A DNA stretch of 59,032 nt, counting the filler, from Dirinaria sp. TL-2023a (lineage: Eukaryota): assembly GCA_051941275.1 (NCBI GenBank). It is 7 parts of 7 records of this genome, joined end to end, with 100 filler letters (N's around TTAATTAATTAA, not from the genome) between each part and the next. Parts side by side here need not be neighbours in the genome. Positions count along the whole stretch, not along the records: positions 42,250 to 50,591 come from JAVEBF010001197.1; positions 50,692 to 59,032 come from JAVEBF010001198.1; 5 more parts are not named here. One strand, given 5' to 3'. The position numbers were made by a program, and so were the translations under genes. The notes under the pieces are model-generated. The model saw nothing but the letters and a program-made list of their open reading frames with translations. It did not search any database and was not told where the DNA came from. Of this stretch, positions 49,757 through 59,032 are shown piece by piece (position 1 is the first letter of the stretch; the number at the start of each line of letters is the position of its first letter).

Positions 49757-50545
49757 TCAAGCCATGCCTCCATTGACCCTCAAAGTCTGCCCAGTAACCC
49801 AGCGACTATCGTGACCGCTCAGCATGGCGATGCTATCGGCGATTTCGTCCGGCTCGCCGATCCTGCCATTAGGATTCATGCCAGACAGAGCCTTCAAGCT
49901 CTGCTCGTTTTGATTCCTCATGAAGAGCTCGGTGCTCGTGGGTCCGGGAGCGATGGCATTGACACAGATCCCCTTGCGACCTAGATCTTTGGACATCACA
50001 CGCACCATCTGCTCAATAGCTCCCTTCGTAGCAAGATACGGAAGGTAGGGTGGCATCACCGTGGAGGCAGCGGTGAGAGTGGTCGAGATCATGACAATAT
50101 GAGAACCGGTTCCCATGTGCGGTGCGGCTTTCTGGACCGTCGGTGAGTAAACGTTTCAGCAGAGAAAGCTATTCCAGCGTACCTGGCAGAGGAAGTATGG
50201 ACCCTTCACATTCAAGCCGAAAATCTGATCGAAAGTTTCCTCCGAGGTGGATTCCAAAGGGCTGACTGGCAGCATGCCCGCGCAAGGAACCAGAATATCA
50301 ATCTTTTGGAACCTCTCGACCGTTGCCTTGACCAGCTTTTCGATGTCGGCGACCTTACTCACATCGGCCTGTACGGCAAGAGCTCTTCCATTTCCGATCT
50401 GGTGCACCAATGCATCCGCAGATTTGGAGTCGGAGTTGTAGTTAATCACTACGCTGGCGCCGTCTTTGGCGAAGCGGAGAGCAGTTGCTTTGCCGATGCC
50501 TTTGGAAGCGCCAGTAATCAGAGCGACCTTACCTGCGAAAGACAT
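49757..50545 (-). CDS. Classical short-chain dehydrogenase/reductase; intron 50132-50182
   Basis: Motifs ALITGASKGIG, YLATK, VNAIAPGPT and VTGQTLRVNGG. Confidence 0.93.
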
Positions 50546-50578
<33 letters not shown>

Positions 50579-50591
50579 TTTTTGTTAATTT

Positions 50592-50691
50592 NNNNNNNNN
50601 NNNNNNNNNNNNNNNNNNNNNNNNNNNNNNNNNNNTTAATTAATTAANNNNNNNNNNNNNNNNNNNNNNNNNNNNNNNNNNNNNNNNNNNN
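50592..50691. other. Artificial contig-joining linker
   Basis: N44-TTAATTAATTAA-N44. Confidence 0.98.
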
Positions 50692-50838
50692 CGAGAAGAT
50701 GAGAAGATGGCCGAACCCGCCGCCCTTATGTTAGCCCCCCCGCTTCCGCCCTAACCGTTCAATCCCAGTGCCATGGTTACCTTACCTTTCCCCAGGTACC
50801 CGTCCCCGTCCCAACAAAAAACGCCAGTCCCAGTTTAT

Positions 50839-52080
50839 TTACACAGAGGCCAGCTTCAGCAACGCCTCGACGGCTGCTCTCTGCTCGGCATCGCCATCGT
50901 TCGTAGGGAAGCCGGTTTGGTTGCTTTTGAGCTGCTGCTGCTGCTGCTGCTGCTCTCTTTCTTTGTACATTGCCGCGACAGGCGGCATGGTTGGCGTTGA
51001 TTTTGCTAACATCGTAGAAGGCGGGCCGCCACCCCTGCCTCTACTCCTTGGATGGAACCGAGCCGGATACGATCGGTTCGGCTGCGTCCGCAGCGCCGCA
51101 GAGCGTGGGAAGGAACCGGCTCTCAGAGCCGCGGCACCTATACTCGCCCAGTCTTCCTCGTCCGTCACCTCGTCGTAGTCATCCACTACCATGCGGCTGT
51201 CATCCGCAGGCTCTGACGATGAGCACGAATCGTCTTCGTCCAAAGACATCTTATCGGCTTCGTGCTCGAGCATGCTGATGTTCTCGGGTGGTGTGTCATA
51301 TTCCATCTCCGAGTCCTCTCTGCCACCCATGCTCGTGCCGATCCCTCGACGATCTGGTCTCGTGCGGTCTCCTGGGATTTGAAGACCTCCTTGAGAGGGC
51401 GGAGAAACATGGCGTGACGTCTGACGATCTCTCGACGGTTGTCCTCGACGTCTTGCGTCCCACTTCCCCCATCCCACCTTTTCGAATACCACACCACCGT
51501 CATCCAAACCCTCTTGCTCACTGGTACTCGTCCGCCCTTCCAAGGCCGCGACTACTAGTCTCCTTGCTTTCGCTGGGGGTATCCCAGAAAAGCCGGGGAC
51601 AGAGGTTGTAAGGTAGCCCATGACGTGGCGGATCGCGAGAGGACCATTTTCGAGGAGGATAGAAGGCAGATGATGTTTAGCCAGCAAGGCCGGCGTGATA
51701 GCACCTGCGGCATCGATGTCGGCAAGACTGCTACGGATGGTTGCCAGACCGTGCCGGGGTTGGTCTTGGGCTTTGGCGTGTTCCACAGCATCTTGGAGAT
51801 CGATGTCGGATTCAACAGGAGCGGGTGCCGCTGGAGGCGTGAGTGGTGCTTCCGTCAGACCTTTGAAGCCTTGAGCAGGAAGAGTCGGGGAGATGGAGTT
51901 AGGAGGAGTGGGCAAGGCAGCACCCTGTTTGTTGGATGGGACGGGTCTAGCTGTGACAGCGGCGAAGCTGTCTTTGCCAACCCAGAAGCCTGGATCGCGC
52001 GGCTTCGAGATTTTGACCGAACTGGAGTTGCCAGCCAGAGCCAGGCCGATGGTGGAGCTACCGTTGTTGGGTGAAGCCAT
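50839..52080 (-). CDS. STB3: Sin3-binding / RRPE-binding protein Stb3-like
   Basis: ITPALLAKHHLPSILLENGPLAIRHVMGYLTTSVPGFSGIPPAKARRLVVAALE...FEKVGWGKW, TDEEDWASIGAAALR and a C-terminal AVEALLKL. Confidence 0.88.
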   Translation of the reverse strand: MASPNNGSSTIGLALAGNSSSVKISKPRDPGFWVGKDSFAAVTARPVPSNKQGAALPTPPNSISPTLPAQGFKGLTEAPLTPPAAPAPVESDIDLQDAVEHAKAQDQPRHGLATIRSSLADIDAAGAITPALLAKHHLPSILLENGPLAIRHVMGYLTTSVPGFSGIPPAKARRLVVAALEGRTSTSEQEGLDDGGVVFEKVGWGKWDARRRGQPSRDRQTSRHVSPPSQGGLQIPGDRTRPDRRGIGTSMGGREDSEMEYDTPPENISMLEHEADKMSLDEDDSCSSSEPADDSRMVVDDYDEVTDEEDWASIGAAALRAGSFPRSAALRTQPNRSYPARFHPRSRGRGGGPPSTMLAKSTPTMPPVAAMYKEREQQQQQQQLKSNQTGFPTNDGDAEQRAAVEALLKLASV

Positions 52081-53481
52081 TTCCGATGAATGAGGTTCGT
52101 CTGTCCTTCACTAAGCACGAACAGGTCAATCAACCACCGTATTGGCCAAGTGGACAAGGAGACTCTCAGTGAAGTTGTGTGGATTATGGAGTGGCTTTGA
52201 TCAAGGGTGCGACGTTACTCACCAGGAAGACGCGAACTTGGACAAAGAAGCTGCTGGGTTCTTGTTGCTGCTGGGAAGCGATAACGGGACAGCTGGTCCA
52301 CTCGGGTTTTATCGGGAGCAAGAATGGCGATAGTGAAGCGGGAACGGTGGCAGGTTGTTGGAGATTGCAAGAGCTGCAGCGGAATAAACCGAGCAGGCTG
52401 GATGAGGACGTTGATGGTAGCAGAAGCAAGTGGTGGTTGGATAATGTACGTAGGATAAAGTAGCGTTAAGGCTGATGGAATCGCAGTCAGATGGCGCAAA
52501 GGTACAGTCCTTTCTCGCAAGAGCTGCCGCGGGCTTGGGTTTGTGCCAAGACTGCGGTCTCGGCGACACGACCCTGAATCGGCCCTACCCACGTGTAATC
52601 TCCTGATGATAATAATATCACGTGGTGAGGTAAGATAGACTGACAGTCCAAATGACTGCTAATCACTACCCTCTACGGCCACGCAGTAGTCCTTGGGTTG
52701 TCATCAGGTACTCCGTACCCAAGGTAAGTCGTGTTTCCTGAATTTCCCAAAAGGAGAACCAAAAAATGAGAAGATCAGAAGAGCTGCCTTGTGGTGCCAG
52801 TGGTCATTCAAATGAATACTCCGACCAGCAATCGGTTTCGCTCTTTTTTCTCTCTCTCTCGCTTCTACCGAAAAAGCGTGGTCGAGCTCGACTTTTTTGC
52901 TTTTCGTTATCTCGAAAGCCCAGATGGGAAGTGCTCTGCTAGGTTGAACGCCAAGTCCAACTTATGCACGGCATAGCCTGGGAGTGTGCGCAACTCACGG
53001 ACGGCGGTTGGCTACCTACAGTCCGGAACCTTTAGCTTGATCGCAGCATCGTCGCGAATTTGGTTTGGGAAAAAGCGGGGGTGGGACTCGACGGGCATAT
53101 CTCCGGAATTCGTACCTTTACACTTTCAGGCACGTTGTATGGAAAGCCATTGCCGTTGGCGGATTCTTCGCTGAACCATGTCTCAAGTTATCTTAACTGA
53201 CTTTTTTCCTCGTCATGGCTCCTTTGCATTGCTCCTCGGCCACCATTGATCAGTGTGCTAGGCTGGGTTTGTTCATCTTACCAGAAACGATGGGTGGAAA
53301 GCCTGTGCAAAGGATCGCAAAAGACCACATCGATTCATGGCTGTCGTATCAATAGTCGTGCACACTTCAGTGCACCATACTCTAGGCTCAATCAGACCCA
53401 TCGATCAAGCCATTCCACGCCATTGCACCGAAACTGCAAAGAATCACACACAGCACTCCAGCGCGGTGATGGATCTTTCTC

Positions 53482-55677
53482 TCATTTGAGCACTTCATCT
53501 TTCCTGTCACTACCCAGTACGGTTGCCATACTCCCTCCCGATGACCCGTCTTTCCTTCTCAGGCTTGAGCTTCGACTCCTTGTCCCTCCCGCCGCCACTT
53601 CAGCCTGGACCTCCTTCAGTACAGCTCTTCCTTCCGACATCTTCCCTAGTCGCACCACCAGGGACGTGTTCTCCTTTTGCAGCGCGCCCACTTGGTCCTG
53701 CAGAATGTCTCTCTCGTTCTTCACCAACTCCAGCTCTTGCCGGGCTTCATCCCTTTCTCGCGTTAACCGCATTTTGTCGTCCTTGTCCTGCTCCTTCCTC
53801 TTCTTGTCCTCTTCCTTCAAAGCTTCTTTCGCGCGTTTAGCTTCTACTTTCGCTACTTCCTTTCTGTACCGGTCTTCTTGCTTTGCCAGCTCGCGCTGGT
53901 GTCTTTCTTCGGCTTTCCGGAGGCGCTGGTTTTCTTTGGATGTGAGTTCTTCCTTGTCTTTCAATTCTTTCTCACGGATCTTGGCAAAACTGGCATCGAG
54001 AGCCTTCTTGCGCTCGTTGAGCTTAGCGAGCGCTTTTTCGTGCCGCAAATTGGACGGAGAGGTCTGGCTGTGGGTTGAGCCGTCTCGTGAAGGTGAAGAT
54101 TTGGTGGAAAGGTTGTCCTCGAAGCCTTCTTCAGCACTGGCGAAAGAGGTTGTGGAGGCTGTGGCAGAGAGCGAGCGTGCGTCGTCTGGGTACCCAGGTA
54201 CACCTGTTTCTAGGGTGGCCGACTGAGCCATTTCATGGTCTGGCAGGCGATCTATCACTGCTTGAGGCGCATAGGCTTCAACGCCCGCCCTCACAGTGCT
54301 CGCAAAGCTGGACATCATTCCAGGTTGTGGCTCGACGCTCGCTCCTAGCAAATCTTCCCTGAAGGTCTTCGTACTGTCCTCCGACCCTGGCTGTTCGAGG
54401 CCTGCTAAATGACCATTTGTCTCAAGTGCCTCGATGTTCTCATGCTGAGCATCGCCATTCACAGTGTCTTCCGCTCCCGCCTCGGCGGTTGGATGCTCTT
54501 TCTTACAGGCCCAGTCCACGAACTTTCCGGCGTCTGCAACGATACTGCTTGGGGTACCTCGTTCCACCATGAAACGCGGCACGCTTCCTCCAGGGTCGCT
54601 GCGAGTTACCATGATCCACTCTACAGGATTTAGTTTATCGTCAGCTTCGCTGTGAGACGGGTCCAATCCTTGCCCATTTTCTCTTGCTCTTCTGGACTCC
54701 ACGAAGGAAATTGTCTTCCCCCTCTTTCGAGCTTCTACAGCTGTTCCTTCCATATCTGCGGCACTTGGACCGTTGTCATCAGCCCCGGTGCCATAGTTGG
54801 GGAGGTCTACCGTGGAGGATGACTTTTTAGGTTTACGCGGCAGTTCTCGGATAAACTCGACTGACTCGTACTGTCCTCGAATAAAACCATCTCGAGGGGG
54901 GCAATCCGGATGTATACAGGGTTTCGAAATGATCATGAAATGTCTTGGTCGGTCGCTGAATGGAGGAAGCCTCGGGTGTTCCGAGCTACCAAGCGCGGTA
55001 GAGGACGTGAGTAAAAGAGTAACGAAATCACGTGGTGTAGTAGGGCCGGGGAATTGGGCAGAAAGCTGATAGACTAGAAGACTGTAAGTATGAGGTACAA
55101 TAATGATGCCTGTCTTGCAAGCGTAAGAGTAACCTTCGACTTTGCCAGCCCTTGAAACCTCTCTCCGCTCAACCCTCCTTTCCCCTCCGATTCCCCTGAC
55201 ATTGCCCTCCCCCGGCCCGCCTTGGACAGCGAGACTCTCCGGGAACTCATGTTCAAAGCCTAGCTTCCACCTCTTGAAGCCCAGCCCCTCATGCACGCTA
55301 CTCCGGGCGAACCAAGCTCCTTTGCCATCCTTCCCACCCAATTTGTACACGGCTATGCCCAGCGGATTGTCCTTCGCAGCGAGCTTGATCGGTTTCCCCC
55401 ACTCTTTCTGCAGGCCTGCATGCGAAGGGTCAATAGGTTCGGAACGGGCAGAAGAGGCAGAGACTTCGGAGATCGCGGAAGCGTTGGAGGTGGTCGTATC
55501 TGATCGAGCGCGAGTGGTGAAGTAGTCTTCGGATGGGGTCAGCGGGACAGAGTCGATTATGAGTTGGGCTTTGGCGAAGACATCTTGGAGATAGCTTTTT
55601 GCGTCGGGTTCTTCCAGTGGGACGGAGGAGTAAGGCGACGGGCCCAGGATCTGGAGGGCCGAGTGCAGGGCTGCCAT
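53482..55677 (-). CDS. DUF3074 (START/SRPBCC-like) domain protein with C-terminal coiled coil; probable in-frame intron near 55073-55132
   Basis: GAWFARSSVHEGLGF, YQLSAQFPGPTTPRDFVTLL, GFIRGQYESVEFIRE, NPVEWIMVTRSDPGGSVPRFMVERGTP, and a charged coiled-coil tail. Confidence 0.88.
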   Translation of the reverse strand: MAALHSALQILGPSPYSSVPLEEPDAKSYLQDVFAKAQLIIDSVPLTPSEDYFTTRARSDTTTSNASAISEVSASSARSEPIDPSHAGLQKEWGKPIKLAAKDNPLGIAVYKLGGKDGKGAWFARSSVHEGLGFKRWKLGFEHEFPESLAVQGGPGEGNVRGIGGERRVERREVSRAGKVEGYSYACKTGIIIVPHTYSLLVYQLSAQFPGPTTPRDFVTLLLTSSTALGSSEHPRLPPFSDRPRHFMIISKPCIHPDCPPRDGFIRGQYESVEFIRELPRKPKKSSSTVDLPNYGTGADDNGPSAADMEGTAVEARKRGKTISFVESRRARENGQGLDPSHSEADDKLNPVEWIMVTRSDPGGSVPRFMVERGTPSSIVADAGKFVDWACKKEHPTAEAGAEDTVNGDAQHENIEALETNGHLAGLEQPGSEDSTKTFREDLLGASVEPQPGMMSSFASTVRAGVEAYAPQAVIDRLPDHEMAQSATLETGVPGYPDDARSLSATASTTSFASAEEGFEDNLSTKSSPSRDGSTHSQTSPSNLRHEKALAKLNERKKALDASFAKIREKELKDKEELTSKENQRLRKAEERHQRELAKQEDRYRKEVAKVEAKRAKEALKEEDKKRKEQDKDDKMRLTRERDEARQELELVKNERDILQDQVGALQKENTSLVVRLGKMSEGRAVLKEVQAEVAAGGTRSRSSSLRRKDGSSGGSMATVLGSDRKDEVLK

Positions 55678-57036
55678 GAGTCGATGCAGAGAGAGGGGCA
55701 CAAGCCTGGCAAATTAGTCGTACCTATCTATGCTTCTGGTAATAGGGGCAGCTTTTTAAATAGTGAATCATAGGAGAATTGGTAAGGCTATGTACAAATT
55801 TGGGTTCTTATGCTTAGGAATAGAAGAGCAGCATGGCCAGCAGTTTGTGGCCGGTTATGTAGAACCGTCCAGCAAACACGAACATACTTAGTGCCCTAGG
55901 ACCGTCCTGAGCCCCTAGATCCGGGACAAGGCGATTGCATGTGCGGGATTTGCAGATAGTCGTAATTGTCTCTGTGATTTGAGGCAATAATGTTTCGGAA
56001 GATGGACGTGAATCCAGTGGAACGTCATTTTAAATCCTTACCTCATGATAGGCGACCTGGCCCCTACTAGACTCCTGGAGTCGATATTTACAATCATCCA
56101 CAGCATCAAGGTTGGGTTACGGGACACAAAATCGCAGGGAGTCTAATTCACATACATCTCTCGAAATATTGTAGGGAGTCGAACAGGTGACTTGTAGCGC
56201 GTGTATTATGTTATCTTCTGCGTCAAATATTCCACCCCGACAGAGCACTGCTCCTGGAGCATCCTGACATTCTCAATCTATGAGAACGTCCTCGAAGCCA
56301 GCCTCGAGTGTAGGGGATGAGCCTACATAGTCACGCACTGCTGATGTACATTAGACCAGATGTCGGGAAACACTTGAAAGATCACTGATCCCCCCACCCC
56401 GGATCCGCTCCTGACGAATTCTCGGCGCGTGTAATCCCGACCCTTCCCAGTGTCCATCAGCAGCGACGTAGAAAAGCGATTAGACCAGCATGCCGGATGC
56501 CGTGATATATCTGAAGTGTCGTTGTCCTCCACCATCCTGAAGATGCTAGCTAGTACACAGTACTAGAGGAGGCGAGCACTTTCGCGGCGGCTCGGAGGAT
56601 AGGCAAGCCTGAACGTTGAGCGACCGCGATCGTGCCAGACGACGTATTATGAGAAGAAGAGGCCGATATGTAGAAACATCCACCAGTTCTCTAGCCGTGA
56701 GGCTCTCCGATCTTGTATAATGCAAAACTTGTGAACCTCCCGAACGTCCACCGTCGTGTATTGCGGACCAGCCAAATAGAAAGAATGTAGAGAGAACAGC
56801 AACGCTCGCTAAAATGATGCAGCACAAAAACAAAACACAAAACCGGCAAAGGGGTATCCAGAGGTGGTCCGTAGCAAAATCGCATGTGACGCCATCCGAC
56901 GGGAGCAGGTTATCCGATGCTGCCAAAGCCGTCTACTTCAATCCGAGCCCTCGAATCGACAGAGATATGTACAGTGGTCCAGGCGACAATGATGGGAGCC
57001 GCTAGTAGTGCGTAACGCCGATGTTTTTAGCTCCCT

Positions 57037-58074
57037 TCACATTGCGTATGACATTGCAAAGTTGTTGTACTGGTCCCATTCGAAGCCGCCGTATCCAGCA
57101 CTTGCACCGCATTGCTGCTGCACGAGTGTGCTGGGAAGAGGCACTTGTTGGACGGGAGCCATGGACATTGGAGCGCTGTAGTATTCAGAGGGACTCGAAC
57201 ATGACGTAGTGTATGGCTGGCTGAACGAAGGCGTTGGCGAGGGAAGTTGGAGTTCGTTGAGGCTCATGCTCGTCCAGAGATTGGGATTCGAGTCTGAAGA
57301 CGTGGTGCTGGGACTGGACGGAAGAACTTTCCAAGAGTCCATGGATGAGGATTGAGCGGGAGCATAGCCCTGATTCCACCAATTCTCTGCGCCAGTGGAG
57401 CTTGGGAGGATTGGAGCCGGGCGGACAACGTCCACCAACCTTGGTGGTGGGGGCAGAAGAGGCAAAAACATGCCCATTATGGAGGTTTTCACCTCTTCGC
57501 TCCGACCACAAAGGAGCTCACCGGCACCATCCTCCTCCAGCCCTTCTAATGCCACAGCGCTGGTACGGTAGATGAACTTATTCGCGGCTTGCACGAAGTC
57601 CTCTTGCAGCTTATTTAATTGTACTTCCTTCTCAGACCAATTCCACGTACTCGCAGCTGTGTCGACGGAGTGCACATCTTTATGGTATTCCACTAAAGCC
57701 TCAATCGTCTCGGGGGTGAGCTTGAAGGCGACTTCATTTTGAGAAACCATGTCAACGTGGACGACGTAGGCTTCGACATAGATGACCTGGTAATTGAAGA
57801 GAGCCTCTATCAGGGGGTCATCGTCTTTGCGGAGTTCGGATTCCGGCGCCTTGGGCAGCATCAGAGTGCACAATGTCCAGATCGCCGATGGTGACGAAAG
57901 CGTCTCGGTCAAACATCGGAAATGCTGCGAAACATTGTTTAATGGTCGCTTTACGCGATTCACCCTCTTAAGAGTTGCGGTTAACCAAGGTTCGACCTTG
58001 GAGTTGAGAACAATGTTCGGAGTACCTCGTGGAGCGAAAGCGGCGGCGGAGGCTGGTAGTAGGGTGATGGGCAT
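57037..58074 (-). CDS. Conserved-looking fungal hypothetical protein (345 aa, intronless)
   Basis: ATG 58074 gives MPITLLPASAAAFAPR...VEPWLTATLKRVNR...VEAYVVHVDMV...KLQEDFVQAANKFIYRT, followed by a Ser/Pro-rich tail. Confidence 0.8.
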   Translation of the reverse strand: MPITLLPASAAAFAPRGTPNIVLNSKVEPWLTATLKRVNRVKRPLNNVSQHFRCLTETLSSPSAIWTLCTLMLPKAPESELRKDDDPLIEALFNYQVIYVEAYVVHVDMVSQNEVAFKLTPETIEALVEYHKDVHSVDTAASTWNWSEKEVQLNKLQEDFVQAANKFIYRTSAVALEGLEEDGAGELLCGRSEEVKTSIMGMFLPLLPPPPRLVDVVRPAPILPSSTGAENWWNQGYAPAQSSSMDSWKVLPSSPSTTSSDSNPNLWTSMSLNELQLPSPTPSFSQPYTTSCSSPSEYYSAPMSMAPVQQVPLPSTLVQQQCGASAGYGGFEWDQYNNFAMSYAM

Positions 58075-59032
58075 CGTGACTGCGTTATCGGGGTCATGCA
58101 ACGGGAAGGATACCAAAAATAGAACAATATATAGAAAATAAACTTGGGGTGAAATACGGAGCGTGGGAAAAGAGGAAGAAGAAAAATTGTGGTCGTGGAG
58201 AAGAGTTAAAGGTCGCACCAAGGACGAGAGGAGGATGAGGGTGAGCAAAGAAAAAATCACCGGTCTGGCGCGGGCGCGGAGGGGGAAATATATCACTCAA
58301 ATGTTTAGCGGCGAAAAGTAGTGTTCTACTCGCTAATGCACACGCGCGTTGACTTTACTCTTTGAGACTCGACGATCGCTTTCACAGCCCCGGGCCGCCG
58401 TTATGCTGCATCCAGAAATTTCTGCACTTGAGATATGCAGCTAAGACGCATGGCTGTCTCCGGCATAGCTGAGGGTCACCCAGGTAGGTCTTGCCTCCAC
58501 CCGGTCACCTCCCGCTCATTCGCAGCAACGCAAGATGATACTGAAGAGTCATTAATACTACTCGCCGATGTCAACCGTGCGAATTTCACGTCGCGGATCC
58601 ATCAAAGAACAGCCAGAGCGCCAGTTTCACTGCTCGCATCAAACGCCTGCATTGTGAAAACACGTGGTGGAGTGAAACGATGCATCTGCCTTTCGAGCTG
58701 CTCTACCAGAGCAGCCTCTTGCGCCTAGCACTCTCATTAATTCTCAAACGCTCGAAACCTGCTTACTACTACAATATTCTGGCAACGCGCGCGTGTCCGG
58801 CAAGCCGTCGATACGCGGAGAACAAGGTCGGATCTGTAGAACGTGTCGAAAGTTTTACCGGCAGCGTGGGCTTCAGCTCCACCTTGGAACGGCTTCCGAC
58901 GGCTTTGATACTTGTTTGGGAGGATTTTCTCCTCATTTTGCCTCGAGCCGGGACCAGATGCGCAGATGACCACTCGCTGCCTCCCAAGACATCTTTCCCC
59001 CATGCTAGCCAAAAAGTCTCAGGTGACTACAT

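Noticed and set aside
53246..54226. 326-aa Ser/Leu/Phe-rich + strand ORF
   Set aside because: It is the antisense of the Glu/Lys-rich coiled coil of the DUF3074 gene.
1..59032. One large metabolic gene cluster (monooxygenase, reductases, P450, SDR, MFS)
   Set aside because: The genes lie on different, artificially joined contigs, and no PKS, NRPS or terpene synthase core gene is present.

Overview
This is fungal (Pezizomycotina) genomic DNA with short GT-AG introns. Two small orphan-type protein genes suggest a lichen-forming fungus, but that is unproven. The window is not one locus. It is seven separate contigs of about 8.34-8.36 kb (1-8357, 8458-16814, 16915-25262, 25363-33706, 33807-42149, 42250-50591, 50692-59032), ordered by non-increasing length and joined by artificial 100-bp N44-TTAATTAATTAA-N44 linkers, so gene neighbourhoods only mean something within a contig. 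About 22 protein-coding genes can be supported. Most are ordinary: DUR3-like transporter, epimerase, POM34-like nucleoporin, Pth11-like protein, MFS transporter, SWF1, RAP1, NmrA-like reductase, DENN-like protein, P450, SDR, STB3 and a DUF3074 protein. The most interesting items are: (i) a multi-exon MACPF pore-forming-type gene with an unrecognised beta-rich C-terminal domain; (ii) a DUR3-like transporter / DszA-type monooxygenase / membrane-anchored reductase trio with CYS-3/MetR-like sites in its promoters, a candidate organosulfur-scavenging cluster; (iii) an NLR-like winged-helix + ankyrin gene with no NACHT domain, next to a pseudogene with RIP-like stops flanked by direct repeats; (iv) a probably catalytically dead adenylate-forming enzyme; (v) an 18-bp motif shared by the upstream regions of unrelated genes. 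All protein assignments come from recognising motifs by eye, not from database searches.
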